Source of the DNA: Bacteroidales bacterium
GTDB lineage: Bacteria; Bacteroidota; Bacteroidia; Bacteroidales; VadinHA17
DNA: 64,000 nucleotides
Direction of reading: 5' to 3'
Assembly (NCBI GenBank): GCA_034005245.1
Contig: JAVEVC010000003.1
Coordinates: 33,371 to 97,370, forward strand
Shown: in pieces, positions 8,877-18,492 of the stretch
How positions within the stretch are numbered: position 1 is the first letter of the stretch
How the letters are laid out: each line of letters begins with the position of its first letter
Made by a program: the position numbers and the translations under genes
Notes under the pieces: model-generated
Databases searched by the model: none
Told to the model about the DNA's origin: nothing
What the model saw: the letters and a program-made list of their open reading frames with translations, nothing else

Positions 8877-10553
8877 TCAGGTATATAAATACCTCTTTAT
8901 TTTCATTGTAGCTGTTTTCTGAAAAGGAATAGGTTGTAAAACAACCATATTAATCTGACTGAACTTGTTTACCTTAGAATTTACATATTCCATCAGTTCT
9001 GCAATTAGTTCCTCCTTTTTCTCATCAAAGTGCTGTGTCATATCCTGCTTGATGTTCTGATATTTCTTATCAAGTTCATCCAGATTAAAATGGACGTAAG
9101 CCACAAGTTTACCCTTTTTCTCGATTACGAGCGATTCCACCACATACCTGAAATTATTTATTACTGATTCAATTTCCTCAGGATAGATATTTTCGCCGCT
9201 GGCTCCCACTATCATATTCTTGAGCCGTCCCTTGATATAAAGGTTATTGTTCTTGTCAAAAACCCCAAGATCTCCAGTTTTGAACCAGCCATCATCGGTA
9301 AGCACATCCCTTGTCATCTCAGGATCCTTATAATAGCCTTTCATTACGTTTGGCCCCCTTGCCCATATCTCCCCTTCTCCTGTTTTCTTGTCGGGATTGT
9401 TGATTTTGAGTTCTATTCCCTCTATTGCCGGACCAGTGGAATCAAAAACTGATTTCTGCGGATTGGCGCCAGCAAGTAAAGGGGCAGTTTCGGTAAGCCC
9501 ATACCCAATCGCATACGGGAATTTAGCTTCAAGAAGGAATCTTTCCACCGTTTTATTCAGCTTGGCTCCTCCGATACCGAAAAACTTCAAATGTCCGCCA
9601 AAGGTCTTGTATAGTTTCTTTCCGGCAGCAACATTCAGCTTCTTCCTGATAAAGGCTATCCTGTAAAGGGTTCTGATCAGAAATTTATCGTTGAATGCGG
9701 GCAATATTTTGTTGTAATAAACCTTTTCCATGATAAGGGGTACTGTCAGCATCACTGTTGGTTTGATCTCAGCCATGGCCGGGATCAAAACTGAAGGGGT
9801 TGGGGGTTTTCTTAAATAATAGACACATGAGCCTCCCAGCAGGGGAAGAATCAGTCCAAGTGTGTTCTCATAAGTATGTGATAACGGCAATACAGACAGA
9901 AACCTGTCATTTTCATCAACCGGCTGGATAACTTTTCCCTTTAAAGCATTGAATGCGATATTCCTGTGAGTAAGCATAACGCCTTTTGAACGGCCTGTTG
10001 TACCAGAGGTATAGATTATTGAGGCAATGTCATCTTCTTTTACATCGTAGATTCCTGCAGGTTTAGCAAGTGATTCATACCTCAGGGGGTGTTTGTCAGA
10101 ATAAACGATTGAATAATCTTCAATATGAATAGCAATTTTGAGATTCTCTAACCTGAATCCTTCAATTTTGTTCAGGAGGGATGATGATATAAAAATTGCC
10201 TTTGCTTCTGAATGTTCGAGAACATTTTGCACTTCAGTGGCAGAGAAATCAGGCAGAATAGGAACCGCAACCGCTCCCATGCCCGTTAAAGCAAAGAAAA
10301 CACTGCTCCAGTTTGGCATATTTGTGCTGAAAATCGCCACCCTGTCGCCAGGCACGATTCCGGCTTGTTCCAGAAAGGAAATCAAAGCATTAACTTGATC
10401 TCCGGCCTCTTTATAACTCCTTGGTTTTTCCCCCACAAACGCATATGCGCTTCTGTCTCCATGCTTTTTTAACGTCTCGTTAAATAAAGCCGGAATGGTT
10501 AACTCCCTGAAATCATTTTCCATCTGGAAGCATTTATTGGTTTTAGAGCTCAA
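8877..10553 (-). CDS. Long-chain fatty acid-CoA ligase (AMP-binding family)
   Basis: AMP-binding motif IYTSGTTGRSKGVMLTH, plus GYGLTET and WFKTGDLG. The track start at 10553 is TTG; ATG at 10523 (MENDFREL) is the more likely start. Confidence 0.8.
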   Translation of the reverse strand: MSSKTNKCFQMENDFRELTIPALFNETLKKHGDRSAYAFVGEKPRSYKEAGDQVNALISFLEQAGIVPGDRVAIFSTNMPNWSSVFFALTGMGAVAVPILPDFSATEVQNVLEHSEAKAIFISSSLLNKIEGFRLENLKIAIHIEDYSIVYSDKHPLRYESLAKPAGIYDVKEDDIASIIYTSGTTGRSKGVMLTHRNIAFNALKGKVIQPVDENDRFLSVLPLSHTYENTLGLILPLLGGSCVYYLRKPPTPSVLIPAMAEIKPTVMLTVPLIMEKVYYNKILPAFNDKFLIRTLYRIAFIRKKLNVAAGKKLYKTFGGHLKFFGIGGAKLNKTVERFLLEAKFPYAIGYGLTETAPLLAGANPQKSVFDSTGPAIEGIELKINNPDKKTGEGEIWARGPNVMKGYYKDPEMTRDVLTDDGWFKTGDLGVFDKNNNLYIKGRLKNMIVGASGENIYPEEIESVINNFRYVVESLVIEKKGKLVAYVHFNLDELDKKYQNIKQDMTQHFDEKKEELIAELMEYVNSKVNKFSQINMVVLQPIPFQKTATMKIKRYLYT

Positions 10554-10654
10554 AGATATTGTTTTATTGGCAGATACCTCATTATTTATGCTAAATGTTA
10601 TTTTCTGTCCAATATTGCATTGAAGGCCTGATTTATTTTTATCGGGATTATGGT

Positions 10655-10662
10655 TAAATTTG
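10655..10662 (+). promoter_or_regulatory. -7 promoter box (TAAATTTG) for queD-polA
   Basis: Exact TAnnTTTG. It overlaps the track TTG start at 10660, which argues that the true queD start is ATG 10687. Confidence 0.4.
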
Positions 10663-10686
10663 TATCAATCTATTTTTCTACGAACC

Positions 10687-11139
10687 ATGATTCAGAATAT
10701 AAGGGTGACCAAGGAATTTTCTTTTGAGATGTCACATGTGCTGTCAGATTATGATGGCCCCTGCAGGAACATACACGGTCATTCATACCGTCTCTTTGTG
10801 ACAGTTGCCGGTATTCCTTTGAATGATCCGGGAAATCCAAAAAACGGGATGGTAATTGATTTCAATGAACTCAAGCTAATAGTAAACAATGCGATAATAA
10901 GCATTTTTGATCACTCTGTTGCTGTAAGCAGCGATTATGATAAAGTGAAGCTTGATACATTGAAAAGCATCTTTAGCAACATAGTAACTGTCAATTATCA
11001 GCCAACCTGTGAGAACCTTGCATCTGATTTTGCTCAAAGGGTAAAGAACCGGATTCCCGGCAACCTTAAACTACACAGCATTAAACTCTTTGAAACTGCA
11101 ACATCTTTCGCCGAATGGTTTTCATCGGATAATGAATAA
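10687..11139 (+). CDS. queD: 6-carboxy-5,6,7,8-tetrahydropterin synthase
   Basis: FSFEMSHVL and CRNIHGHSY motifs (the Zn-binding His triad pattern of the PTPS/QueD family); about 150 aa. Confidence 0.75.
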   Translation: MIQNIRVTKEFSFEMSHVLSDYDGPCRNIHGHSYRLFVTVAGIPLNDPGNPKNGMVIDFNELKLIVNNAIISIFDHSVAVSSDYDKVKLDTLKSIFSNIVTVNYQPTCENLASDFAQRVKNRIPGNLKLHSIKLFETATSFAEWFSSDNE

Positions 11140-11144
11140 AAACC

Positions 11145-13946
11145 ATGAATGAAAACCAGTCAAAAACACTTTTTCTCCTGGATGCCTATGCGTTGATCTT
11201 CAGATCTTATTATGCCTTTATCAAGAATCCGAGGATTACCTCAAAAGGGCTTAATACTTCTGCTATATTCGGATTCCTTCTGACCCTTGAGGAAGTGCTT
11301 CAAAAACAAAATCCAAGCCACATTGCTGTTGTTTTCGACACTCCCGCCCCCACCTTCAGGCACGAGATGTACAAAGAGTACAAGGCTACCCGTGATGCAA
11401 CGCCGGAAGACATAAAGATAGCTGTTCCTTATATAAAACGCCTGCTTGAGGCCTATAAAATCCCTGTTATTGAATATCCCGGATTTGAAGCGGATGATGT
11501 TATCGGAACACTTGCAAAAAAAGCGGAAGGCAAAGGATTCAAGACATTTATGATGACACCTGACAAGGATTTTGCCCAGCTGGTTTCCGACAGGATTTTC
11601 ATGTACAAACCCTCAAGAAGCGGAAACGAATCGGTGATCTGGGGCAGAGATGACATAAAAAGAGAGTTTTCAGTTCAAAACCCCGAACAGGTTATTGATA
11701 TTCTTGCACTTATGGGAGATGCCTCGGATAATATCCCAGGTGCTCCGGGTGTCGGTCCTAAAACGGCAATGAAGCTTATTTCAGAATATGGATCAATTGA
11801 AGAATTATTCAGGAACAGTACAGCAATTAAGGGCAAACTCAGGGAGATAATAGAAAACAACAGGGAACAGATTGAGATGTCAAAAAAACTGGCTACCATT
11901 GAACAAAATGTTCCTGTTGATCTGAACGAAGAAGATCTGGAAAAAGAAACTCCAGACAATAAAAAACTGAAAGATCTCTTTGACGAACTTGAGTTCAGAA
12001 CGGTTGCAGCAAGGATACTCCAAGGCACAGCTGACCAGGGAAAAACAACGCTGAAAAAGGAAATATCCGAACCCGAAGGAAGTGTAATCCAGGGTAATCT
12101 TTTTGGCAGTGAAGTTAAAACTCCTGAAAAAGTTAAAGCTTCCGCTGATACAATTAAGCATAACTACTTGCTTATAGAATCAGAAATGGAGCTGAAATCT
12201 CTGGTGGAAAGGCTTTCAACTCTTAAGGAATTATGTTTTGATACAGAAACAACAAGCATAGATCCTCTTGAATCGCAAATTGTTGCTTTGGCCTTTTCAT
12301 GGGATAAAGGAGAAGGCTGTCTGATCCCCTTCCCTGAATCGCAGCAGGAAACAGCCAGAACTCTTGAAATCCTTCGGCCGGTTTTTGAAAACCCCGGCAT
12401 TATAAAAGTTGGGCAGAACCTGAAATTCGATATACAGGTACTTGGTAATTATGATATAGAGGTTAAGGGAATATTATTTGATACAATGATTGCCCATTAC
12501 CTTCTTGAGCCGGATATGAGGCATAACATGAACCTTCTTTCAGAAACATACCTTTCCTATGAACCCATACATATTGAATCGCTGATAGGAGAAAAGGGGG
12601 CAAGCCAGAAGAATATGCGGGAAGTACCTGTCGGGTTGCTTAAGGAATATGCTGTTGAGGATGCTGATATTACATGGCAGCTGAAGGATCTCTTCAAGCC
12701 AAGGCTTCAGGAGGAAGGATTATCCGATCTGGCCAGGGATATTGAAATGCCTCTTATCAGCGTTTTGGCCGAAATGGAGAGGAACGGAGTCAGGCTTAAC
12801 CAGGATGACCTCAGAAGCATTGCATCTGAGCTCAGGGAAGATATTATTTTGCTGGAAAAGGAGATTTTTTCGCTTGCCGGGACAGAATTCAATATCTCCT
12901 CTCCAAAGCAGCTGGGTGATATATTGTTCCTCAGAATGAAGCTTGATGAGAATGCCCGAACCACAAAAACAAAACAATTTGTTACTAACGAGGAGATCTT
13001 GCAAAGGCTGTCAGGGAAACATCCCATTATTAACAAAGTTCTAGAATACAGAGGATTAAAGAAGCTTTTATCGACATATGTTGTAGCCTTGCCCGACCTT
13101 GTAAATAAATCGACCGGAAGAATTCACACTTCCTTCAACCAGGCTGTGGCCTCAACCGGAAGGCTGAGTTCAAATAATCCCAATCTGCAAAACATACCGG
13201 TAAGGGATGAAAGAGGGCGTGAAATAAGAAAAGCTTTTGTCCCTGAGGAAGGAAATATTTTCCTGTCGGCTGATTATTCACAGATCGAGCTCAGACTTAT
13301 GGCTCACCTGAGTAAGGATAAGGCCATGATTAATGATTTTTTGTCAGGTCAGGATATCCATGCAGCAACAGCTTCAAAGATATTCGGAGTGACTATTGAG
13401 AATGTGACAAGGGAAATGAGGAGCCGGGCTAAAACTGCCAATTTCGGCATCATTTATGGTATCTCTTCCTTTGGATTGTCTGAAAGGCTGACAATTGGCA
13501 GGAAGGAAGCAAAGGAGCTAATAGACGGATATTTCAGTTCATATCCTGGAGTGCGGCTCTATATGGATGAAAGTATAAGGAAAGCAAGGGAAAAAGGATA
13601 TGTCACAACCATGTTCGGACGCAGAAGGTACCTTCGCGATATTCATTCCAGGAATCAGGTTGTGAGAGGCAATGCCGAGAGGAATGCTATCAATGCTCCG
13701 ATACAGGGCAGTGCGGCTGACATAATAAAAATTGCCATGGTCAGGATACATGAAAAACTGAAATCTCAGAAGCTGAAATCGAAAATGATTTTGCAGGTAC
13801 ATGATGAACTGATGTTTGAAGCCCCGTATTCCGAACTTGATGCACTCAGGGAGCTGGTGATATATGAAATGACGAACGCCGCTGCTCTTGACGTACCTTT
13901 GAAAGTAGACTGGGGCACAGGGAAAAGCTGGCTTGAAGCACATTGA
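11145..13946 (+). CDS. polA: DNA polymerase I
   Basis: 933 aa. It has a 5-prime nuclease domain (LLDAYALIFRSYYA, GDASDNIPGAPGVGPKTA), a 3-5 exonuclease domain (CFDTETTSIDP), and polymerase motifs (LSADYSQIELR, RSRAKTANFGIIYG, QVHDEL). Confidence 0.97.
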   Translation: MNENQSKTLFLLDAYALIFRSYYAFIKNPRITSKGLNTSAIFGFLLTLEEVLQKQNPSHIAVVFDTPAPTFRHEMYKEYKATRDATPEDIKIAVPYIKRLLEAYKIPVIEYPGFEADDVIGTLAKKAEGKGFKTFMMTPDKDFAQLVSDRIFMYKPSRSGNESVIWGRDDIKREFSVQNPEQVIDILALMGDASDNIPGAPGVGPKTAMKLISEYGSIEELFRNSTAIKGKLREIIENNREQIEMSKKLATIEQNVPVDLNEEDLEKETPDNKKLKDLFDELEFRTVAARILQGTADQGKTTLKKEISEPEGSVIQGNLFGSEVKTPEKVKASADTIKHNYLLIESEMELKSLVERLSTLKELCFDTETTSIDPLESQIVALAFSWDKGEGCLIPFPESQQETARTLEILRPVFENPGIIKVGQNLKFDIQVLGNYDIEVKGILFDTMIAHYLLEPDMRHNMNLLSETYLSYEPIHIESLIGEKGASQKNMREVPVGLLKEYAVEDADITWQLKDLFKPRLQEEGLSDLARDIEMPLISVLAEMERNGVRLNQDDLRSIASELREDIILLEKEIFSLAGTEFNISSPKQLGDILFLRMKLDENARTTKTKQFVTNEEILQRLSGKHPIINKVLEYRGLKKLLSTYVVALPDLVNKSTGRIHTSFNQAVASTGRLSSNNPNLQNIPVRDERGREIRKAFVPEEGNIFLSADYSQIELRLMAHLSKDKAMINDFLSGQDIHAATASKIFGVTIENVTREMRSRAKTANFGIIYGISSFGLSERLTIGRKEAKELIDGYFSSYPGVRLYMDESIRKAREKGYVTTMFGRRRYLRDIHSRNQVVRGNAERNAINAPIQGSAADIIKIAMVRIHEKLKSQKLKSKMILQVHDELMFEAPYSELDALRELVIYEMTNAAALDVPLKVDWGTGKSWLEAH

Positions 13947-14029
13947 CTTGAAAACAATGAATGAAGAAGAAACTGAAAGGATTTGAAAGAAAGAAAAGTT
14001 CAGAGCTTGAGGACCAGGCAGGAAATAAT

Positions 14030-14263
14030 ATGAAAATCAAAGTATTATTCCTGGGTGTTCTGTCAGATATAACTCAAAGAGGAGTCAGGTACTATCGTAA
14101 TATAAAATCATTCAGCGATTTAAGACACAGGGTAGAGGATGAGTTTCCCGGCATTTCCAGCTGCGGTTTCCGGATAGCTGTCAATTATGAATTGATTAAT
14201 GATTCGCCGCAACTTAATAACGGTGACGTTGTAACTTTTCTGCCGCTTTGTACAGGAGACTGA
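14030..14263 (+). CDS. MoaD/ThiS-like small beta-grasp protein lacking the C-terminal Gly-Gly
   Basis: The track ORF starts at 13961; Met24 (ATG 14030, MKIKVLFLG) is the likely start. The C-terminus NNGDVVTFLPLCTGD resembles the MoaD ending (GDEVAFFPPVTGG) but finishes GD (gga gac tga, 14255-14263). Confidence 0.45.
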   Translation: MKIKVLFLGVLSDITQRGVRYYRNIKSFSDLRHRVEDEFPGISSCGFRIAVNYELINDSPQLNNGDVVTFLPLCTGD

Positions 14264-14297
14264 AAATAAGGTTTTTAGTACGAAGATACTTGAGATC

Positions 14298-16034
14298 TTA
14301 AAGGTTGGCAGTATTTCCTTTGTTTCTGCTTTCAGAGGCTATCGGTTCCAGCTTGTGGGTAATTAAAGCAGGTGCTTTTTTCCCACGCAGAATTGCATTA
14401 TAATTCTCCCTGTCTTTCAGAATATTGAGCGTTCCAAGGACTTGTTCATCTTTTTTAACAGTGTAGCCTATGGCTCCCTCCTCATAAAAGAAGCGGCCAA
14501 TTATCTCATTTTCCAAAATTTCAGTTATTTCATCCCTGAATACCGCCAGATCATGGTCAAGACTATGATCAAGTTCCTTTTCGAGCCTGGTAAAAAGCTC
14601 TTCATGGAGATCATAGTATTTTTCACTCCTGGCGCTTTCAATAAGTGCATTCAGCGACTCCTCGGTGACAGTCTTATAGCTGAACCCGCGCTTCTTCAGA
14701 AAACTGCTGAAGTCGGCGAAATCCTGGTCAGTAAATCTAAAAACCTCTGGTTTTTCAGGTGCCTGATGGTTCCAGTAGTACCACGTGGCAAAATCAAAGA
14801 AGAAATTTCTCAGGTAAAGTTCAGCTGTGATCTGGCTCATTGTCTCAGGTAAAATGGTAATGTCAGGTGTGATTCCTCCTCCGTCTTTCACAATCCTTCC
14901 GTTCCTTGTTTTGAATTCGGAGATAAGTGAATCGGGAATTACGCCAACACTTCCATCTTCATTTGGATCCGAAAAATCAATTGCCTGTATACACCTGCCG
15001 CTGGGGATATAGTATTTTGCCGTGGTTACTTTAAGCTGGTTGTTATAGCTGAGCGGGCGGGTGATCTGAACAAGGCCTTTCCCATATGATCTCTGACCGG
15101 TTATAATGCCCCTGTCGAGATCCTGGATTGCTCCTGCAACTATTTCCGAAGCAGAAGCTGAGCTTCGGTTGATCATCACGGCAATTGGGATATTCTCGTC
15201 GAAAACAGGTTTTGTTGTTTTAAAGACTTCATCAAATTGCTTCACCTTCCCTTTTGTTGAAACAACTTCATTCCCCGGACCTACAAAAAAATTAACTATT
15301 TCAACAGCTTCGGAAAGCAATCCTCCCGGATTGCCCCTAAGGTCGAGTATTATCTGTTTAGGGTTACTGTTTTTCAACTGGGTAAGAGCATTTTTAACAT
15401 CCTGAGAACAATTTTGGGTAAAGTTTGTAAACCTTATATATCCTGTTTCACTATCTATCATTCCAAAGTAAGGGACAGGAGGAATTACTATTTTTTCCCT
15501 CTTGACATTCAGATCCATTTCCTGTCCGTTTCTTTCTATGGTAATCTTTATGGTTGTGCCGGGGATCCCTTTAAGCCTGTCGCTGACCTGTTCTGTTGAA
15601 AAATTCTTTAATGAGACGCCATCAGCTTTTTTAAGAATATCGCCAGGTCTTATTCCGGCTATATCTGCGGGGAAACCCTTGTAAACCATCGATATAACTG
15701 CATATTCCGCTCCGCCCCTGACAAGCGATCCTATTCCGCCGTATTTGCCGGTTGTCATGAAATCAACCTCATCAACTTCCGATTCAGGATAATATACAGT
15801 GTAGGGGTCAAGAGTCTTAAGCATATTGTCGATACCTGATCGGATAATTTTATCAGGATTTATCTCATCGACATAGAATGTATTAAGTTCCCTGAAAAGC
15901 GACAGGAAAATATCGAGATTCTTTGCAAGCCTGAAATCACGAGTTTCCTGGAAAGCAAAGGAACCTGCGCTTATAACCATTACAGTCAGCAGCAATATGC
16001 CTGTGAGAATTTTTCCCGGGTTTATCTTCTTCAT
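14298..16034 (-). CDS. Carboxy-terminal processing peptidase (S41 family)
   Basis: 578 aa with a signal/anchor, a PDZ-like segment (GIRPGDILKKADG), and S41 motifs DLRGNPGGLL, SASASEIVAGAIQD and SYGKGLVQ. Confidence 0.85.
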   Translation of the reverse strand: MKKINPGKILTGILLLTVMVISAGSFAFQETRDFRLAKNLDIFLSLFRELNTFYVDEINPDKIIRSGIDNMLKTLDPYTVYYPESEVDEVDFMTTGKYGGIGSLVRGGAEYAVISMVYKGFPADIAGIRPGDILKKADGVSLKNFSTEQVSDRLKGIPGTTIKITIERNGQEMDLNVKREKIVIPPVPYFGMIDSETGYIRFTNFTQNCSQDVKNALTQLKNSNPKQIILDLRGNPGGLLSEAVEIVNFFVGPGNEVVSTKGKVKQFDEVFKTTKPVFDENIPIAVMINRSSASASEIVAGAIQDLDRGIITGQRSYGKGLVQITRPLSYNNQLKVTTAKYYIPSGRCIQAIDFSDPNEDGSVGVIPDSLISEFKTRNGRIVKDGGGITPDITILPETMSQITAELYLRNFFFDFATWYYWNHQAPEKPEVFRFTDQDFADFSSFLKKRGFSYKTVTEESLNALIESARSEKYYDLHEELFTRLEKELDHSLDHDLAVFRDEITEILENEIIGRFFYEEGAIGYTVKKDEQVLGTLNILKDRENYNAILRGKKAPALITHKLEPIASESRNKGNTANL

Positions 16035-16116
16035 TTTTGTCTGCTCTTGAAATCGGAATTGCGAAATTAGTAAGAATAAATTTCAATTAAGTTGAAAAGA
16101 AATAATTAAAACAATT

Positions 16117-16524
16117 TTAACACTTTTGTCCTTTGCCCTTAAGAACCTCTGAAAGACGAGCCAGGAAATCCTTTACCGCCTGTTCTGTTTCTTGATAATC
16201 AGGAACGTCATTTTTACGAAAGACCAGGATAATATTGATGCTAATATCAATATTTTCAAGGCATTCATAAAGCCGGTTTTTATTTTTCCGGTATGCTTCC
16301 TTTATTCTCCTCCTGATCAGATTCCTCTTAACTGCTTTTTTGATTTCCCTTTTAGGGATGCTTACAAGTATTTGTGCAGGCGATGTTCTTACCCCGGTAT
16401 TAAGATCCCAGATCACTCTGAAGTAAGGTGTAAAAAACTGATTCCCTTTCTCAAAGAGTTCTGCAATAACACGGTTGCTGCAGAGTCTTTCGGTTTTTCT
16501 GAAGGTTTGCCTGCTTAAATTCAT
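16117..16524 (-). CDS. rnpA: Ribonuclease P protein component
   Basis: FRKTERLCSNRVIAELF...KKAVKRNLIRRRIKEAYR is the RnpA signature (the RNR motif region). Met39 (ATG 16524) removes the overlap with the upstream gene that the track ORF (to 16638) creates. Confidence 0.8.
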   Translation of the reverse strand: MNLSRQTFRKTERLCSNRVIAELFEKGNQFFTPYFRVIWDLNTGVRTSPAQILVSIPKREIKKAVKRNLIRRRIKEAYRKNKNRLYECLENIDISINIILVFRKNDVPDYQETEQAVKDFLARLSEVLKGKGQKC

Positions 16525-16597
16525 TTTGTATGCAGAAACCGGAAAAACATTATTGTTGAGGGAGGCGGGGTGCCTTCCGGAAACATCAGAACAGTTA

Positions 16598-17353
16598 TTA
16601 CCTGCAATTCCTGTTGAACTCTTTAAGGAAATTATCAAGAGCCATGGTCATTGAAGGAGCTTCGGGATTAGGCGCATTAATGTCAAGCCTTAAACCTTCA
16701 TTTTCTGCGGCACAGGCAGTTGTTGCCCCGAAAGCAGCTATTTTAACATCGCCCTGAACGAAATCGGGGTAGTTTGACTTAAGTGATTTTATTTCAGAAG
16801 GACTGTAAAACACTATCATATCGTAATCAAAATCCTTCAGATTGGTAATCTGTCTGCTGATAGTCTTATAGAGAATACCTATGGAATAATTAATGTTATT
16901 CTTGTCAAGAATCTCAGGTATTTCTGCATTGTGCGGAGATGAAAGAGGGACAAAATAAGTATCATCGCGATGTTTTGCGATAATATCGATAAGATCCTGG
17001 AATCTGGCTTTACCATGGAAAATCTTCCGTTTCCTGTAAACAATATACTTCTGCAGGTAAAATGCAACATTTTCCGTGATGCAGAAATATTTCATTGTAT
17101 CAGGGACAGTGATTCTCAATTCATTACATATCCTGAAAAAATGATCTATACCGGTCTTGCTGGTAAAGATCACCGCACTGAAATCTAGAATATTGATTTT
17201 CTGTTGACGAAAATCCTTTGCTGAAATCCCCTTAACCTGAATGAAGGGTTTAAAGTCAATTTTCAGGTTATATTTTTTTGCCAGTTCGTGGTATGGGGAT
17301 TTAGAATTATTTTTTGGTTCTGGCTGCGATACTAATATTTTTCTTATTTTCAA
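16598..17353 (-). CDS. Uroporphyrinogen-III synthase (HemD)-like protein
   Basis: 251 aa. The N-terminus KILVSQPEPKNNSKSPYHELAKKYNLKIDFKPFI is as I recall for the Bacteroidota HemD-family protein found next to rnpA. Family call is from memory, not a search. Confidence 0.55.
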   Translation of the reverse strand: MKIRKILVSQPEPKNNSKSPYHELAKKYNLKIDFKPFIQVKGISAKDFRQQKINILDFSAVIFTSKTGIDHFFRICNELRITVPDTMKYFCITENVAFYLQKYIVYRKRKIFHGKARFQDLIDIIAKHRDDTYFVPLSSPHNAEIPEILDKNNINYSIGILYKTISRQITNLKDFDYDMIVFYSPSEIKSLKSNYPDFVQGDVKIAAFGATTACAAENEGLRLDINAPNPEAPSMTMALDNFLKEFNRNCR

Positions 17354-17399
17354 ATCCTTATAGATTTAATTTCACTTAATAGTAAATCCACACCAGTAT

Positions 17400-18422
17400 T
17401 CAAAAACTTCCTGCAGCTAATTTTACAATGATCAATGCAGGTAGAATTTCAAGGGCACAAAGGTACAAAATGAAATAGAAAATCGAAACATTTCTTTTAA
17501 TAAAAATTAAGAATAGTCTGATTATCCGGTATAAGTATACGATGAAAAACAATATTGCACCGGCATATACCATGAATTCAGGCTTTGGCAACGGAGTGTA
17601 GGCCATTATCACGACGAAAAAAAACGCCGGCAATGCAAGAAACCTGTATGTCAGATACACACTTGCCAGATATTCATTGAATACATCGGTTCTTCCGCTA
17701 AGGATTCCTGTGGCAGAGCATGTTATATGACGGGCCATCAGGGCGGCTGCAATACCCAGAAAAGAGAGCGCAATGAACGATGGAGCTGGCATCCCCCCGG
17801 GTATAAGATCTGAGCTGGAAGCACTACAAAAAATGAAAAGACTTATTATCCAGAATGAAATGAAATTGAGTATAGTTGACTCCCTGTAGAACAAACTGCC
17901 TTTGCTATAAGTGGAGTGTTCCGCGATGCCACGCATAAGGAAAAACCTGCCTGCTTCACGAAGAACTGGTTTTGCTGCTTTTTTAACGAGTACATATAAC
18001 AGTATGGCTGTGATTGTAAATATCGTAAGCCAGTCGTTCCGGATTGCATTCTCAGGTATCGGCCATCCCTCTGTCTTGTTGGTGGTGCTGATGGTTACGG
18101 AATCTCTTCGGGCTTCTGCTATTTCAGGGAATCCCCGGGGAACTATTTTTAATGATTTGAAATCAAGAGCTCTGATGAAATTCGTTGAATCATAGAATGT
18201 GACATCAGAAATATTGTTCCGGAATGCCAGAAATGTTGTATCTGAAAGAAATCTTGCGTCGGGCGATATTTCTTTTTCTTTTCTGACAAGCTTTGCCGGA
18301 GGCGCTGTATCTTCTCTTATAACTATTTTTTCAAATACAGAATCGGGTATCAGGTTATCGGTATTTATCCGGATAACAAATGCTGGCTTTAAGGTGTCCT
18401 GTACATTTATTCCTGAAACCAT
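17400..18422 (-). CDS. Multi-pass membrane protein (DUF4271-like)
   Basis: 340 aa: a soluble N-terminal region of about 125 aa, then about 6 hydrophobic helices. Its position next to the HemD-like gene matches my recollection of DUF4271 genes in Bacteroidota. Confidence 0.5.
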   Translation of the reverse strand: MVSGINVQDTLKPAFVIRINTDNLIPDSVFEKIVIREDTAPPAKLVRKEKEISPDARFLSDTTFLAFRNNISDVTFYDSTNFIRALDFKSLKIVPRGFPEIAEARRDSVTISTTNKTEGWPIPENAIRNDWLTIFTITAILLYVLVKKAAKPVLREAGRFFLMRGIAEHSTYSKGSLFYRESTILNFISFWIISLFIFCSASSSDLIPGGMPAPSFIALSFLGIAAALMARHITCSATGILSGRTDVFNEYLASVYLTYRFLALPAFFFVVIMAYTPLPKPEFMVYAGAILFFIVYLYRIIRLFLIFIKRNVSIFYFILYLCALEILPALIIVKLAAGSF

Positions 18423-18426
18423 GTTG

Positions 18427-18450
18427 CCTTTGTGAAATAATTCACAAAGG
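18427..18450 (-). promoter_or_regulatory. Perfect 10-bp stem / 4-nt loop hairpin in the deoC to DUF4271-like intercistronic gap
   Basis: cctttgtgaa-ataa-ttcacaaagg. On the minus-strand transcript it ends 4 nt before the ATG at 18422. No U-tract follows. Confidence 0.4.
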
Positions 18451-18492
18451 TAGTCATAATTGGAAAACGGGGAAGTTATTCAGAAACAGGTA

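Noticed and set aside
16598-16638. 41-nt overlap between the rnpA track ORF and the HemD-like gene
   Set aside because: It is an artefact of taking the longest ORF. The internal ATG at 16524 gives a normal-length RnpA and removes the overlap.
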